IMG/VR virus record: IMGVR_UViG_3300045988_099112
Location: 1 to 12,650 of that record
From: a virus
Length of the DNA: 12,650 nucleotides
Direction: 5' to 3' (one strand)
Shown here: in pieces, positions 5,453 through 12,284 of the stretch
How positions within the stretch are numbered: the first letter of the stretch is position 1
Layout of the letters: every line of letters starts with the position of its first letter
Program-made: the position numbers and the translations under genes
Notes under the pieces: generated by a model
What the model was told of the DNA's origin: nothing
What the model saw: the letters and a program-made list of their open reading frames with translations, nothing else
Databases searched by the model: none

Positions 5453-6793
5453 TTAAGCAACGGTAAACTCCACATTGACTTGCCAATTATGCGCGCCGCC
5501 CGCGCTAACATTATCAATGGTAAACTGATAGTAGCTCTCTCCTTTGTTTAAAAAAGTAGCATTGTGACCAACACCGTCAACATTGCAAGCAGTTACAGCT
5601 ATATTGTAGTTATTTCCGTTTAAATGTGGCGGAAATGTGGCAGTCACATAGATCTTTCCGGCACTATCAGCCGGAGCAGTTCCAACCATGCTCTGAACAA
5701 AATGATTTTCGATAACATTAAGCCCTGGGATACCGCTATTATTAGCGCACCCAGTACTACACCGAATATTGGCATCGTTATTTGGAAGATAGCTTTTCCA
5801 TGTGCTTTCAATTCCTGTCGCTTTGCGGAACTGAATATTGAGATATCCGGCGTAGTCCGTCCAGTTACCGGAAAAAACAACGGTCATGACACTCGTAGTA
5901 TTGCCGTTACTATATCCGGCGTCATCTATTATTACGGCTTTTCCGGCGGTATGATTAAAATAGCAATTATTTACAATCAAATACTGTCCTGTTCTTCCAG
6001 AATATGCCGAATTGTGGGCGTAGAGGTTTGCAAACGAGCCAGATGCGACTAGCTGGCAATCGTACAACCTTAAATGTGTATTAGTACCGCTACCATATCC
6101 GACAGCAGTTCCGCCTTGTAAGCTACAGTTGCGGAATGTCACGATACCACTAACATTAGTGTCTAATGGGTCGACATGAACGGCATAAGTAGTAGACACC
6201 GTGTTTCGAATCGTAAGATTATAAAAAGAGACATCACCCTGTATATGGACGGTACAGTCTGGATATTCTCCGGCGTAGTAAATCTGCACGTTATTATTCG
6301 GTACATTTCCTAACCCGAAAAGAACTAAACCGTGTATGTCATTATACACTAACTGTTCGTAATAGTCTCCCTGCTCGATCAGTATTGTATATCTATTGGT
6401 AAGTGACATATCTTTACTGATAGCGTAGTCAATAGCCGCTTTTATTGTGTTAAACATGACACCGTTAGAGTGTCCGACAGTCAATATATAGCTGTCTCGT
6501 ACATATACTTTATCCATATAGCTATTTAAGCTATCTACTTTAGCGTTAATCTCTCCTAACAATGTTTGGTTAATCAACGCCCCCATAGTGCCATTATCAA
6601 TCAATCTCTGAATTTCATCAGCAATAGCGGTGTCAACGTCAAGTGAAGAGAAGTAGTTATTAACATACTCTTTTAACTGTTCGAAAGACAGTCCTAAATC
6701 TGCCACTTTTTTAACGCAATCTCTGACCTGTTCTAAAATCCAGTCAGCGTTAAATTCGTGGAAATTTGAATAAGGGAAATTTTGGTAACTCAT
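5453..6793 (-). CDS. Tail appendage / receptor-binding protein with right-handed beta-helix (pectate-lyase-like) domain, 446 aa
   Basis: The start was chosen at ATG 6793 (SD AAAGGATGA); the longer ORF to 6853 has no SD. The N-terminus NFHEFNADWILEQV is typical of phage fibre N-terminal anchors. The central part carries repeated beta-helix-type rungs (NLTIRNT, FRNCSLQGG, VNNCYFNH, VMTVVFSGN). It is the last gene after the collar genes, as gp12 is in phi29. Confidence 0.7.
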   Translation of the reverse strand: MSYQNFPYSNFHEFNADWILEQVRDCVKKVADLGLSFEQLKEYVNNYFSSLDVDTAIADEIQRLIDNGTMGALINQTLLGEINAKVDSLNSYMDKVYVRDSYILTVGHSNGVMFNTIKAAIDYAISKDMSLTNRYTILIEQGDYYEQLVYNDIHGLVLFGLGNVPNNNVQIYYAGEYPDCTVHIQGDVSFYNLTIRNTVSTTYAVHVDPLDTNVSGIVTFRNCSLQGGTAVGYGSGTNTHLRLYDCQLVASGSFANLYAHNSAYSGRTGQYLIVNNCYFNHTAGKAVIIDDAGYSNGNTTSVMTVVFSGNWTDYAGYLNIQFRKATGIESTWKSYLPNNDANIRCSTGCANNSGIPGLNVIENHFVQSMVGTAPADSAGKIYVTATFPPHLNGNNYNIAVTACNVDGVGHNATFLNKGESYYQFTIDNVSAGGAHNWQVNVEFTVA

Positions 6794-6834
6794 ATAATCA
6801 TCCTTTCTTTTTTGAAAATGTTTCATGTGAAACT

Positions 6835-7497
6835 TTAGTAATTTAATAGACAAAATTCGTTAATAAAATCGTTGCAAATCCGGTCGTATATATTAAACTC
6901 TGCAACAGCTCTTTCCTGTTCAATCATGCTTTGCGTTGTCATTGTTCCAATATTTCCATGCACACGACCAGAATGTTTGCTTTCTTTTTTAGTGTCTCTA
7001 TTATCCGTTCCTGCGGCGGCACTATTTCCGTCACGCGTAAATGATATGTCTGGACGCTCAAAAGCGGTACTGTTATTTTGGTCGGTCTGCCATAGATTGG
7101 TTGTGTTAAACGCTGTATTATAATTTTTGCTCTCGGTGTCTGTCTGCGTCACTCCCTTATCTTGTCCGTGATCGAAATAGTTCCCTGTACTAGATGTTGT
7201 ACCATTTTCGTTACCGTTTTCATTGTCCGTCCATTCTTCATTTCGATCATAGTTTTCTATAGGATTATAGTCATACTCTGTTGTTTCTAATAGATGTTCC
7301 CAGATCGGCACGCGACTTGCTGACCAATAATTAATATAGCTTTTCAACGTTCGCGGATCTGCGTAGAGTATTTCCAATTCTGCGGCGCGGAAAAGTATCA
7401 AATTGACAAGCGTTTTTTTATCAACTTTTTTCGGGAGAGTCAAAGTGTCAAAAAGTGTTTGGTCGTGATTGTAAAGCCCTAGCACACTAATCCACAT
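6835..7497 (-). CDS. Putative lower collar / head-tail connector tube protein, 220 aa
   Basis: The start at ATG 7497 (SD GGAAGTGAGGAA) overlaps the portal stop by 11 nt. It occupies the position directly after the portal, as phi29 gp11 does. The central segment is rich in N/T/D/G/S (DNENGNENGTTSSTGNYF...TDQNNSTAF) and the C-terminus is HGNIGTMTTQSMIEQERAVAEFNIYDRICNDFINEFCLLNY. The function is inferred mainly from position. Confidence 0.55.
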   Translation of the reverse strand: MWISVLGLYNHDQTLFDTLTLPKKVDKKTLVNLILFRAAELEILYADPRTLKSYINYWSASRVPIWEHLLETTEYDYNPIENYDRNEEWTDNENGNENGTTSSTGNYFDHGQDKGVTQTDTESKNYNTAFNTTNLWQTDQNNSTAFERPDISFTRDGNSAAAGTDNRDTKKESKHSGRVHGNIGTMTTQSMIEQERAVAEFNIYDRICNDFINEFCLLNY

Positions 7498-8398
7498 CGT
7501 ATTCCTCACTTCCTTTCTGTACCGGTGGAAATCTCCATTCAACGCTCAAATTAGTTCCAAACATGGCGTTCACTTTTTCATAGCTTTCTTTTAAATTCTC
7601 GAGCCACATAGCCGCCATAGTATAGGTATCTACATTGTTAGCGTTTACCTCGTCTGCAATCATGCGTTCTTTTTTTGACAAGTTAGCGTTTGGAATACCG
7701 ATAGTTGTGTTAAAAAGTGCGTCTATCTTGTCTAGTGCAGAGAGAGTTTTATCTGCAATGTAGTTTTGTGCTACATTTTGCGATACAAACGGCAGTTCGA
7801 TTTTTCCGGTACTCTCATTAAACATACGAGTGTCCATGAATGTGGACGGTTCACCACGGTATATTTCATCGCACATTTTTTTAAACGTCTCCGCCTGTGC
7901 TTTGTTTTTTGCGGCAAAAATGTAGCTTAAATGACTGTTTAACAAATTAACATCTGTTGTTTGCATGGCAAGAGTACGCATATCCGCAAAGGTTGCTACA
8001 ATGTCGATCGGTGGCGTGTAGTCATATTGTAATTTTACCAACTCACACTCAACGCCGATTTTTGGATTAAGATTCCCGCGCAGAAGCGGGTTAGCAATCT
8101 GACAGTGTGTCGGTTGATACATCACGTTATAACCGCTAATACCGCACGCTTGCGGAATGATACCGTATTTATCGGTATTTATCACGGCGAAAAATCCCCA
8201 CCCGTAGAGAGAGTATAACACATAGTTTTTATCCCAATTTTCGGGAAATGTGTGTTTGAATACGCTTAATAACTTGTTAAAATAGTACCGATAATTAAAT
8301 GCGAAAGTAATGTTATCTCGCGAATGTACTGTGCTAGGAAATATGTTGCCATTGTAAGCGTTAATGCCGGGATAGTTCACAGGCAATTTATTATTCAT
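7487..8398 (-). CDS. Portal / upper collar connector protein (phi29 gp10-like), 303 aa
   Basis: GIPNANLSKKERMIADEVNANN matches the remembered phi29 gp10 segment [22 protein letters not shown]. The size is similar (303 versus 309 aa). SD GGAGG is present and the start overlaps the tail-knob stop. Confidence 0.88.
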   Translation of the reverse strand: MNNKLPVNYPGINAYNGNIFPSTVHSRDNITFAFNYRYYFNKLLSVFKHTFPENWDKNYVLYSLYGWGFFAVINTDKYGIIPQACGISGYNVMYQPTHCQIANPLLRGNLNPKIGVECELVKLQYDYTPPIDIVATFADMRTLAMQTTDVNLLNSHLSYIFAAKNKAQAETFKKMCDEIYRGEPSTFMDTRMFNESTGKIELPFVSQNVAQNYIADKTLSALDKIDALFNTTIGIPNANLSKKERMIADEVNANNVDTYTMAAMWLENLKESYEKVNAMFGTNLSVEWRFPPVQKGSEEYDVD

Positions 8399-9851
8399 AA
8401 AAAAAACCTCCGTTCATGTATGATTTTACCGCCGCAAGTTCGCCAACATAACCGTCTATTGCTATGTCGGCAGAATTTACTAAAATGTAACCGGATAACG
8501 TGTTAATTACACGTTTTTGCATAAGCGGTCTACCAATGTCGTCATTATCTTCGTCTACAATGTGTATATATTCAATGTAAAGTGTCATAAGTTCGTCAAT
8601 ATTGCCAAAAAAACCTTGACTACCTGTGACTTGTAACTGCGGCATTAACGACTTAATAGCATTTCCAACGCCTGTTATTGTGGCGGCAGAAGTCATGGCC
8701 ACCGCTCCGGCATTCCCAACAGAGGATAAACCGCCACTTGACGGCACGTTAAAATCTGGAAATTTTGATTGCGTGTCCTCGACCGCTTTTTCAAACTGCG
8801 CGATTTGAGGATCATCACTTTGAACTAAAAGCGTGTTAGCAGTACCAACAAGCGCATTTGACGCGCCTTGAGCCATTGCAAGGCTTACACCGATCTGCGC
8901 ATAATAAATACCAAGCAAGTTACCGCCGCTGTAAACAGATAGAGAACCTAGACCGTTCGTAGCGTCACACTCAATGTTGCAAACAATCGTATTATCTGAC
9001 ACCTTAAAAAGATCTATCGGTATTAGTCCAAAAGGTTTGCATGATAGATTTGCCCTCGTAAACGGATTTTTATTTAAAAATATTCCTCTATCTGATTGCG
9101 GGTGATCTGCTATTGTCAAGCTGATTGAGGGTAGTCCTATTGACGGATTTATAAGAGCGCGTCCTGTTGCTCCCTCTACCGTCCAAAACCCTACTTTTAT
9201 CGCGTCAACGTTTGCCGCCGGAACAGCGAACGGTACATAGACGCATGACACTATATAACTAATCGGATTAAGTATCGCAAAAGCGAGATCGTCAGTGAAC
9301 TGATAGTTTCCTTGCGTCAAAAGCCAATTCATAATGTATGCGATTTCCGAACTATCCATAACATAATAAGACACACTGCCTGTTCTTCCAACAGAGCCGT
9401 TAATGACGCCTAATATATAAGAGCCGCCACTTGCACTCATACCGCTACTTTCAAAAACTTTTGACGTTGTAACATAATTTAAAGCGGGGTAGCGCGTGTC
9501 AACAACGCGCCCATCATGCGCGCTTGCCGCGCGTAAGACATATTGTGTTGATGTCCCGATAAATTCTTTATATGTCGCCATAACGTCAACAGCTAAAAAG
9601 ACCGCCCACTGCCCGTTGTTAGTAACCCACTCTTTAACATAATAATAACGCTTAAATTCTGGAATATATGCATAATTCCAGTTGACCGGATTTAGAGGTC
9701 TACCATCTGCGCCTTGTAAAGTCAAAAGCAAAGTGGGGCTTAAAATCCCACTTTGCAATTTAAAAACACCGTTATAATAAGTGAATGTATCTAGCGCAGG
9801 TCTTTTGGTACTGTTTTCACGTTTTGAAAACTGAGTAAAGCCAATCTGCAT
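8391..9851 (-). CDS. Tail knob / distal tube protein (phi29 gp9-like), 486 aa
   Basis: SD GGAGGAG is present. It lies between capsid and portal, as gp9 does in phi29. The N-terminal pattern YAYIPEFKRYYYVKEW...LAVDVMATYKEF...VLRAAS parallels gp9 ASYIMFQNADYGNKWFYAFV...FEIDVLQTWMF...IVREHV. There are Gly/Ala/Ser/Thr-rich hydrophobic segments (residues about 319-343 and 371-403), as in the gp9 membrane-active loop. The C-terminal GRPL...LSGYILV resembles the gp9 C-terminus. Confidence 0.75.
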   Translation of the reverse strand: MQIGFTQFSKRENSTKRPALDTFTYYNGVFKLQSGILSPTLLLTLQGADGRPLNPVNWNYAYIPEFKRYYYVKEWVTNNGQWAVFLAVDVMATYKEFIGTSTQYVLRAASAHDGRVVDTRYPALNYVTTSKVFESSGMSASGGSYILGVINGSVGRTGSVSYYVMDSSEIAYIMNWLLTQGNYQFTDDLAFAILNPISYIVSCVYVPFAVPAANVDAIKVGFWTVEGATGRALINPSIGLPSISLTIADHPQSDRGIFLNKNPFTRANLSCKPFGLIPIDLFKVSDNTIVCNIECDATNGLGSLSVYSGGNLLGIYYAQIGVSLAMAQGASNALVGTANTLLVQSDDPQIAQFEKAVEDTQSKFPDFNVPSSGGLSSVGNAGAVAMTSAATITGVGNAIKSLMPQLQVTGSQGFFGNIDELMTLYIEYIHIVDEDNDDIGRPLMQKRVINTLSGYILVNSADIAIDGYVGELAAVKSYMNGGFFYE

Positions 9852-9864
9852 ATTAACACTCCTC

Positions 9865-11031
9865 CTACTCTAATAAAAATACAACGGCGTTTTCCGTAAA
9901 ATCGTTCCAATAGCGATCGGTGAAATGAAAGTAGATATTTGAGTAACCGCCCGCCGCATTAAACGGTGTAGTAGCAGTCCACTGATTAACTACTGTATAG
10001 CCCATAGCTTCTACATCACACATAAGCCCGAATACGTTTGACGTAACAACCGCTTCTTCCTCGACTTTGGTCGTTCCGTCCGGCAAGAGATACTCCGGTT
10101 TATTGTTAATACCCATAGGTGTATCAATGGACTGCCAAAAGTTGACCTGCTCAGTGTATGCCAACTTGAGAAAATCGGGGTTGAATACATCAGAAAGAAC
10201 GGAAGTTCTAATGTTGTTTAACTCCGGCGAATATAAGTAGAGTGACTGCATACTTGGCGGAGTATGGCGTGCGATCTCATGATCTGTGACGTTAATGTGG
10301 TATTTTACGGTTCTTTCAGTCAGCAGTGAAGAGATAGTGGAAAGGTAGCCGTACATCCATTTTACAAATGGAACGAAATTCTGCGGCTGTTTAACGGTGT
10401 CGGGTGTGAGTGCCGCCCCTGTCATATCGTTATAAACAGTGACTAACTTAATTACATTCGGAGCGTCGCCTTTTACTTTGCCGTTGATAAAGTTAGCTAC
10501 GGTAGCTCTAGCAAGTGATTCGTGCGCCTGTTCGATTGTATCGGACAAATTCTGTGCCACCATTGCGAGAAAACGCCCGAACTCTTCCATGCTTGAAAAA
10601 GCGACATCTAACTGATCGCGGAATACTGTATAGTGCGTCTGAAAAGTTTCCTGTCCATACATGTTGACCTGTAATACTTTTGGTTTTCGCACTTTATACA
10701 TGTCAACTGAGACATTATCTTCCAATGTATAGCGCTGATCGTCCTCAAACGGAAGATCGGATAAATTAAGTTTGCGGACGTGATTTCCGTAGCGAATTGA
10801 GTCAGCTTCGAGCCCCTTAAATTTACGAGTATACGGGCGAACAGAAAAGATTGTGCGCGACAACACCTGTGAGATTGCTTTAAGTGTGACGTCATAGTCC
10901 TTTTTTAAAACTGTAGTAGCAACGCTGACAAAGTTTTCCGGTGTCACGGTGCCGATCACTTTTGAGCCTGTTACCTGTGCTAATACTTCATTAAGCACTG
11001 CGCTTGTCTGTTCGATTGTAAGTGTATTCAT
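9865..11031 (-). CDS. Major capsid protein (phi29 gp8-like, HK97 fold; no Ig-like extension), 388 aa
   Basis: SD AGAAAGGAAGTGA is present and the start overlaps the scaffold stop (TAATG). The N-terminal region VLSRTIFSVRPYTRKFKGL parallels phi29 [25 protein letters not shown]. The C-terminus YSNIYFHF...FTENAVVFLL parallels YWNYYYHVWQ...RFANAVAFV. Confidence 0.85.
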   Translation of the reverse strand: MNTLTIEQTSAVLNEVLAQVTGSKVIGTVTPENFVSVATTVLKKDYDVTLKAISQVLSRTIFSVRPYTRKFKGLEADSIRYGNHVRKLNLSDLPFEDDQRYTLEDNVSVDMYKVRKPKVLQVNMYGQETFQTHYTVFRDQLDVAFSSMEEFGRFLAMVAQNLSDTIEQAHESLARATVANFINGKVKGDAPNVIKLVTVYNDMTGAALTPDTVKQPQNFVPFVKWMYGYLSTISSLLTERTVKYHINVTDHEIARHTPPSMQSLYLYSPELNNIRTSVLSDVFNPDFLKLAYTEQVNFWQSIDTPMGINNKPEYLLPDGTTKVEEEAVVTSNVFGLMCDVEAMGYTVVNQWTATTPFNAAGGYSNIYFHFTDRYWNDFTENAVVFLLE

Positions 11032-11339
11032 TATTTTTCACTTCCTTTCTGTGGCGGATTGATAATTGACGCTAGCGCTTCATCAGCAGTCATAGCTTTA
11101 GGTTGTTCGGAATGCATGATAGCGTTAGACTGTACCGCTTTTGTGAGCGCTTCGATCTGCGCGCCTAAATCGTATGGATTCTGCTGTGTAGGGATCTGCT
11201 GTGTCGGGATCTGCTGTGTCGGGATCTGCTGTGTCGGGATCTGCTGTGTCGGGATCTGCTGTGTCGGGATCTGCTGTGGCTCTGTTTTTTCCGCTAACGC
11301 TAACGCTAAGAGTGCGTTAAAAAGATTCTCTGTTTTCAT
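11031..11339 (-). CDS. Putative scaffolding protein with (IPTQQ)x6 tandem repeat, 102 aa
   Basis: A small protein immediately upstream of, and coupled to, the capsid gene, as phi29 gp7 (98 aa) is. Helix-prone flanks (FNALLALALAEK, LGAQIEALTKAVQ) surround a Q/P-rich repeat. I see no sequence similarity to gp7, so the assignment is positional. Confidence 0.5.
   Translation of the reverse strand: MKTENLFNALLALALAEKTEPQQIPTQQIPTQQIPTQQIPTQQIPTQQIPTQQNPYDLGAQIEALTKAVQSNAIMHSEQPKAMTADEALASIINPPQKGSEK
11176..11280. repeat. 15-bp tandem repeat (about 7 units) inside the scaffold gene
   Basis: GGGATCTGCTGTGTC occurs five times perfectly (11191-11265). Degenerate units flank it at 11176-11190 (GGATTCTGCTGTGTA) and 11266-11280 (GGGATCTGCTGTGGC). 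The repeat is in frame and encodes IPTQQ repeats on the - strand. Confidence 0.95.
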
Positions 11340-11936
11340 TTAAAAATGTCCTTTCTTTAAATAATTGTTTACAAGTGACTGCACTTTTGAGTAACTATAT
11401 CCCATTGCAGTTACTTTTTTACGGCGACTTTCGCCATTGCCGTATAAGCCTTTAATACAGTTAGTTGCGACTTCTCTGTATTTGCTTTCGCCAGGCTCTG
11501 TATTGGCAATGATATTGCCGGATAAAAAGAGTGCTTTTTCTGCTTCACGTCTTTTAACGAGTCCGGTAAGTTTTCTACCTCCGGCATGGCAGTAGCGAGG
11601 CATAGCTTCTGCGATCTCTTTTCGCGACCTTTTCCCATTTGCTACCAATTTATTAAGATTTCCCGCGCCTAAATTAAAAACAAAAGATACAAGCGCGTCA
11701 AATTCTGACTGGCTAAAGTGATATGTATTATACCATTTGTTTACTGCATTTTCTGCGGTAACAACATCCGCACGCAGAAAAGCATCTGCCTGTTCGATTG
11801 TGATTTTCTGATTTCTGCGGACGTTTATTGTATGCCCGTAACCGATCGTAAGAGTGCCGCCCGCGTCAGCATATGTTGTCAAACGCAAACCCTCAAAAGA
11901 TTTGATAAGATTAAGACCGACCTCACTGCATTTCAT
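11340..11936 (-). CDS. Endolysin: GH24 (T4/lambda-type) lysozyme domain plus one C-terminal CW_7 (Cpl-7-type) cell-wall-binding repeat, 198 aa
   Basis: The start is at ATG 11936 (SD GGGGGTGAT). GLNLIKSFEGLRLTTYADAGGTLTIGYGHT is the GH24 catalytic signature (E, D, T). The C-terminal REVATNCIKGLYGNGESRRKKVTAMGYSYSKVQSLVNNYL fits the CW_7 repeat consensus (GxWGNGxxRkxxLgxxGYdYxxVQxxVN). Confidence 0.9.
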   Translation of the reverse strand: MKCSEVGLNLIKSFEGLRLTTYADAGGTLTIGYGHTINVRRNQKITIEQADAFLRADVVTAENAVNKWYNTYHFSQSEFDALVSFVFNLGAGNLNKLVANGKRSRKEIAEAMPRYCHAGGRKLTGLVKRREAEKALFLSGNIIANTEPGESKYREVATNCIKGLYGNGESRRKKVTAMGYSYSKVQSLVNNYLKKGHF

Positions 11937-12144
11937 TATTATCACCCCCAATTTTAGATACGATCTTTTCGAGCGCAATAGTATTTCTTTCTAATACATC
12001 GCGCAATTTTGACACCTCTTCTGTGTGTTCTTTCTGAATTTCTTTCACATAACCAGCCATACAAATACAAGCGGCAATCGGAAAAGCATAGTTTCCGATT
12101 AATGTTGGCACGTCAAGTGTTGCACCGATCATGTTAAATAACAT
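11923..12144 (-). CDS. Holin, BhlA/UviB-like (single N-terminal TM helix plus charged coiled C-terminus), 73 aa
   Basis: The start is at ATG 12144 (SD AGAAAGGAAG, 6-nt spacer); the longer ORF to 12198 lacks an SD. The hydrophobic stretch LIGNYAFPIAACICMAGYV is followed by KEIQKEHTEEVSKLRDVLERNTIALEKIVSKI, as in BhlA-family holins. The gene overlaps the endolysin start by 14 nt. Confidence 0.7.
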   Translation of the reverse strand: MLFNMIGATLDVPTLIGNYAFPIAACICMAGYVKEIQKEHTEEVSKLRDVLERNTIALEKIVSKIGGDNNEMQ

Positions 12145-12174
12145 ACATATCTTCCTTTCTGTGTAGAGTTTAAG

Positions 12175-12242
12175 TTGGCGGCTCGTGCGCCTACACAAAC
12201 GCGCTGACCGCTCTTCCGGAGCTGTGTATTGGTCGCCGCCAA
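12175..12242 (-). promoter_or_regulatory. GC-rich structured RNA element in the late-operon 5' leader (function unknown)
   Basis: It stands out by eye as a GC-rich island in an AT-rich genome. The closing helix is TTGGCGGC (12175-12182) / GCCGCCAA (12235-12242). Internal helices are GCGC 12187-90 / 12201-04, GACC 12206-09 / GGTC 12231-34, and GCTC 12210-13 / GAGC 12219-22. An alternative pairing is TACACA 12192-97 / TGTGTA 12223-28. The element begins about at the predicted late transcription start and ends about 15 nt before the holin SD. Confidence 0.5.
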
Positions 12243-12249
12243 TAGTGTC

Positions 12250-12279
12250 ATTTTAGAGCTGTGTTGTTATTTCTGTCAA
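12250..12279 (-). promoter_or_regulatory. Late-operon promoter (leftward)
   Basis: On the - strand: -35 TTGACA (12279-12274), 18-nt spacer, -10 TAAAAT (12255-12250). Upstream is TTTTGTGCAATTTGTATATTG, nearly identical to the upstream part of promoter module copy 2 (TTTTGTGCATTTTGTATATTG). It is the only promoter-like site upstream of the 6.7-kb leftward operon. Confidence 0.65.
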
Positions 12280-12284
12280 TATAC

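Noticed and set aside
6820-6833. A small hairpin (GTTTCA..TGAAAC) right after the lower collar stop, followed by AUUUUC on the - strand, as a possible attenuator before the fibre gene
   Set aside because: The stem is only 5-6 mostly A:U pairs with a 2-4 nt loop and a poor U-tract. That is too weak to call a terminator without folding energies or expression data.
915-10895. Antisense or nested ORFs from the six-frame track (915-1154, 1877-2215, 2435-2647, 2663-2872, 3575-3811, 4315-4569, 5118-5393, 5624-6052, 5644-5880, 6872-7123, 8324-8506, 8626-8808, 10608-10895, and likewise 11411-11638 and 11718-11957)
   Set aside because: Each lies wholly inside, and opposite to or out of frame with, a well-supported gene. 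None has an SD, and their composition is typical of shadow ORFs.
11176-11280. Could the 15-bp repeats be a CRISPR array?
   Set aside because: The units are directly adjacent with no spacers, only 15 bp long, in frame within a coding sequence, and no cas genes are present.
11059-11343. A + strand ORF (94 aa) with a striking (CCVGI)n repeat
   Set aside because: It is the antisense reading of the 15-bp tandem repeat inside the scaffold gene. It has no SD and lies within a tightly coupled - strand operon. The Cys-rich repeat is a by-product of the repeat unit.
6794-12198. Longer N-terminal extensions of four - strand ORFs (fibre to 6853, collar to 7542, endolysin to 11978, holin to 12198)
   Set aside because: The upstream ATGs have no SD and would create long overlaps. 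In each case an internal ATG has a strong SD at 5-8 nt and begins the conserved part of the protein, so the shorter coordinates were reported.
12175-12242. tRNA or known riboswitch in the GC-rich element
   Set aside because: On either strand I see no 7-bp acceptor stem plus D/anticodon/T-arm arrangement and no T-loop GTTCRANNC. I also could not match the fluoride, preQ1, ZTP, guanidine or SAM consensus cores from memory. It is kept as an unclassified structured element.
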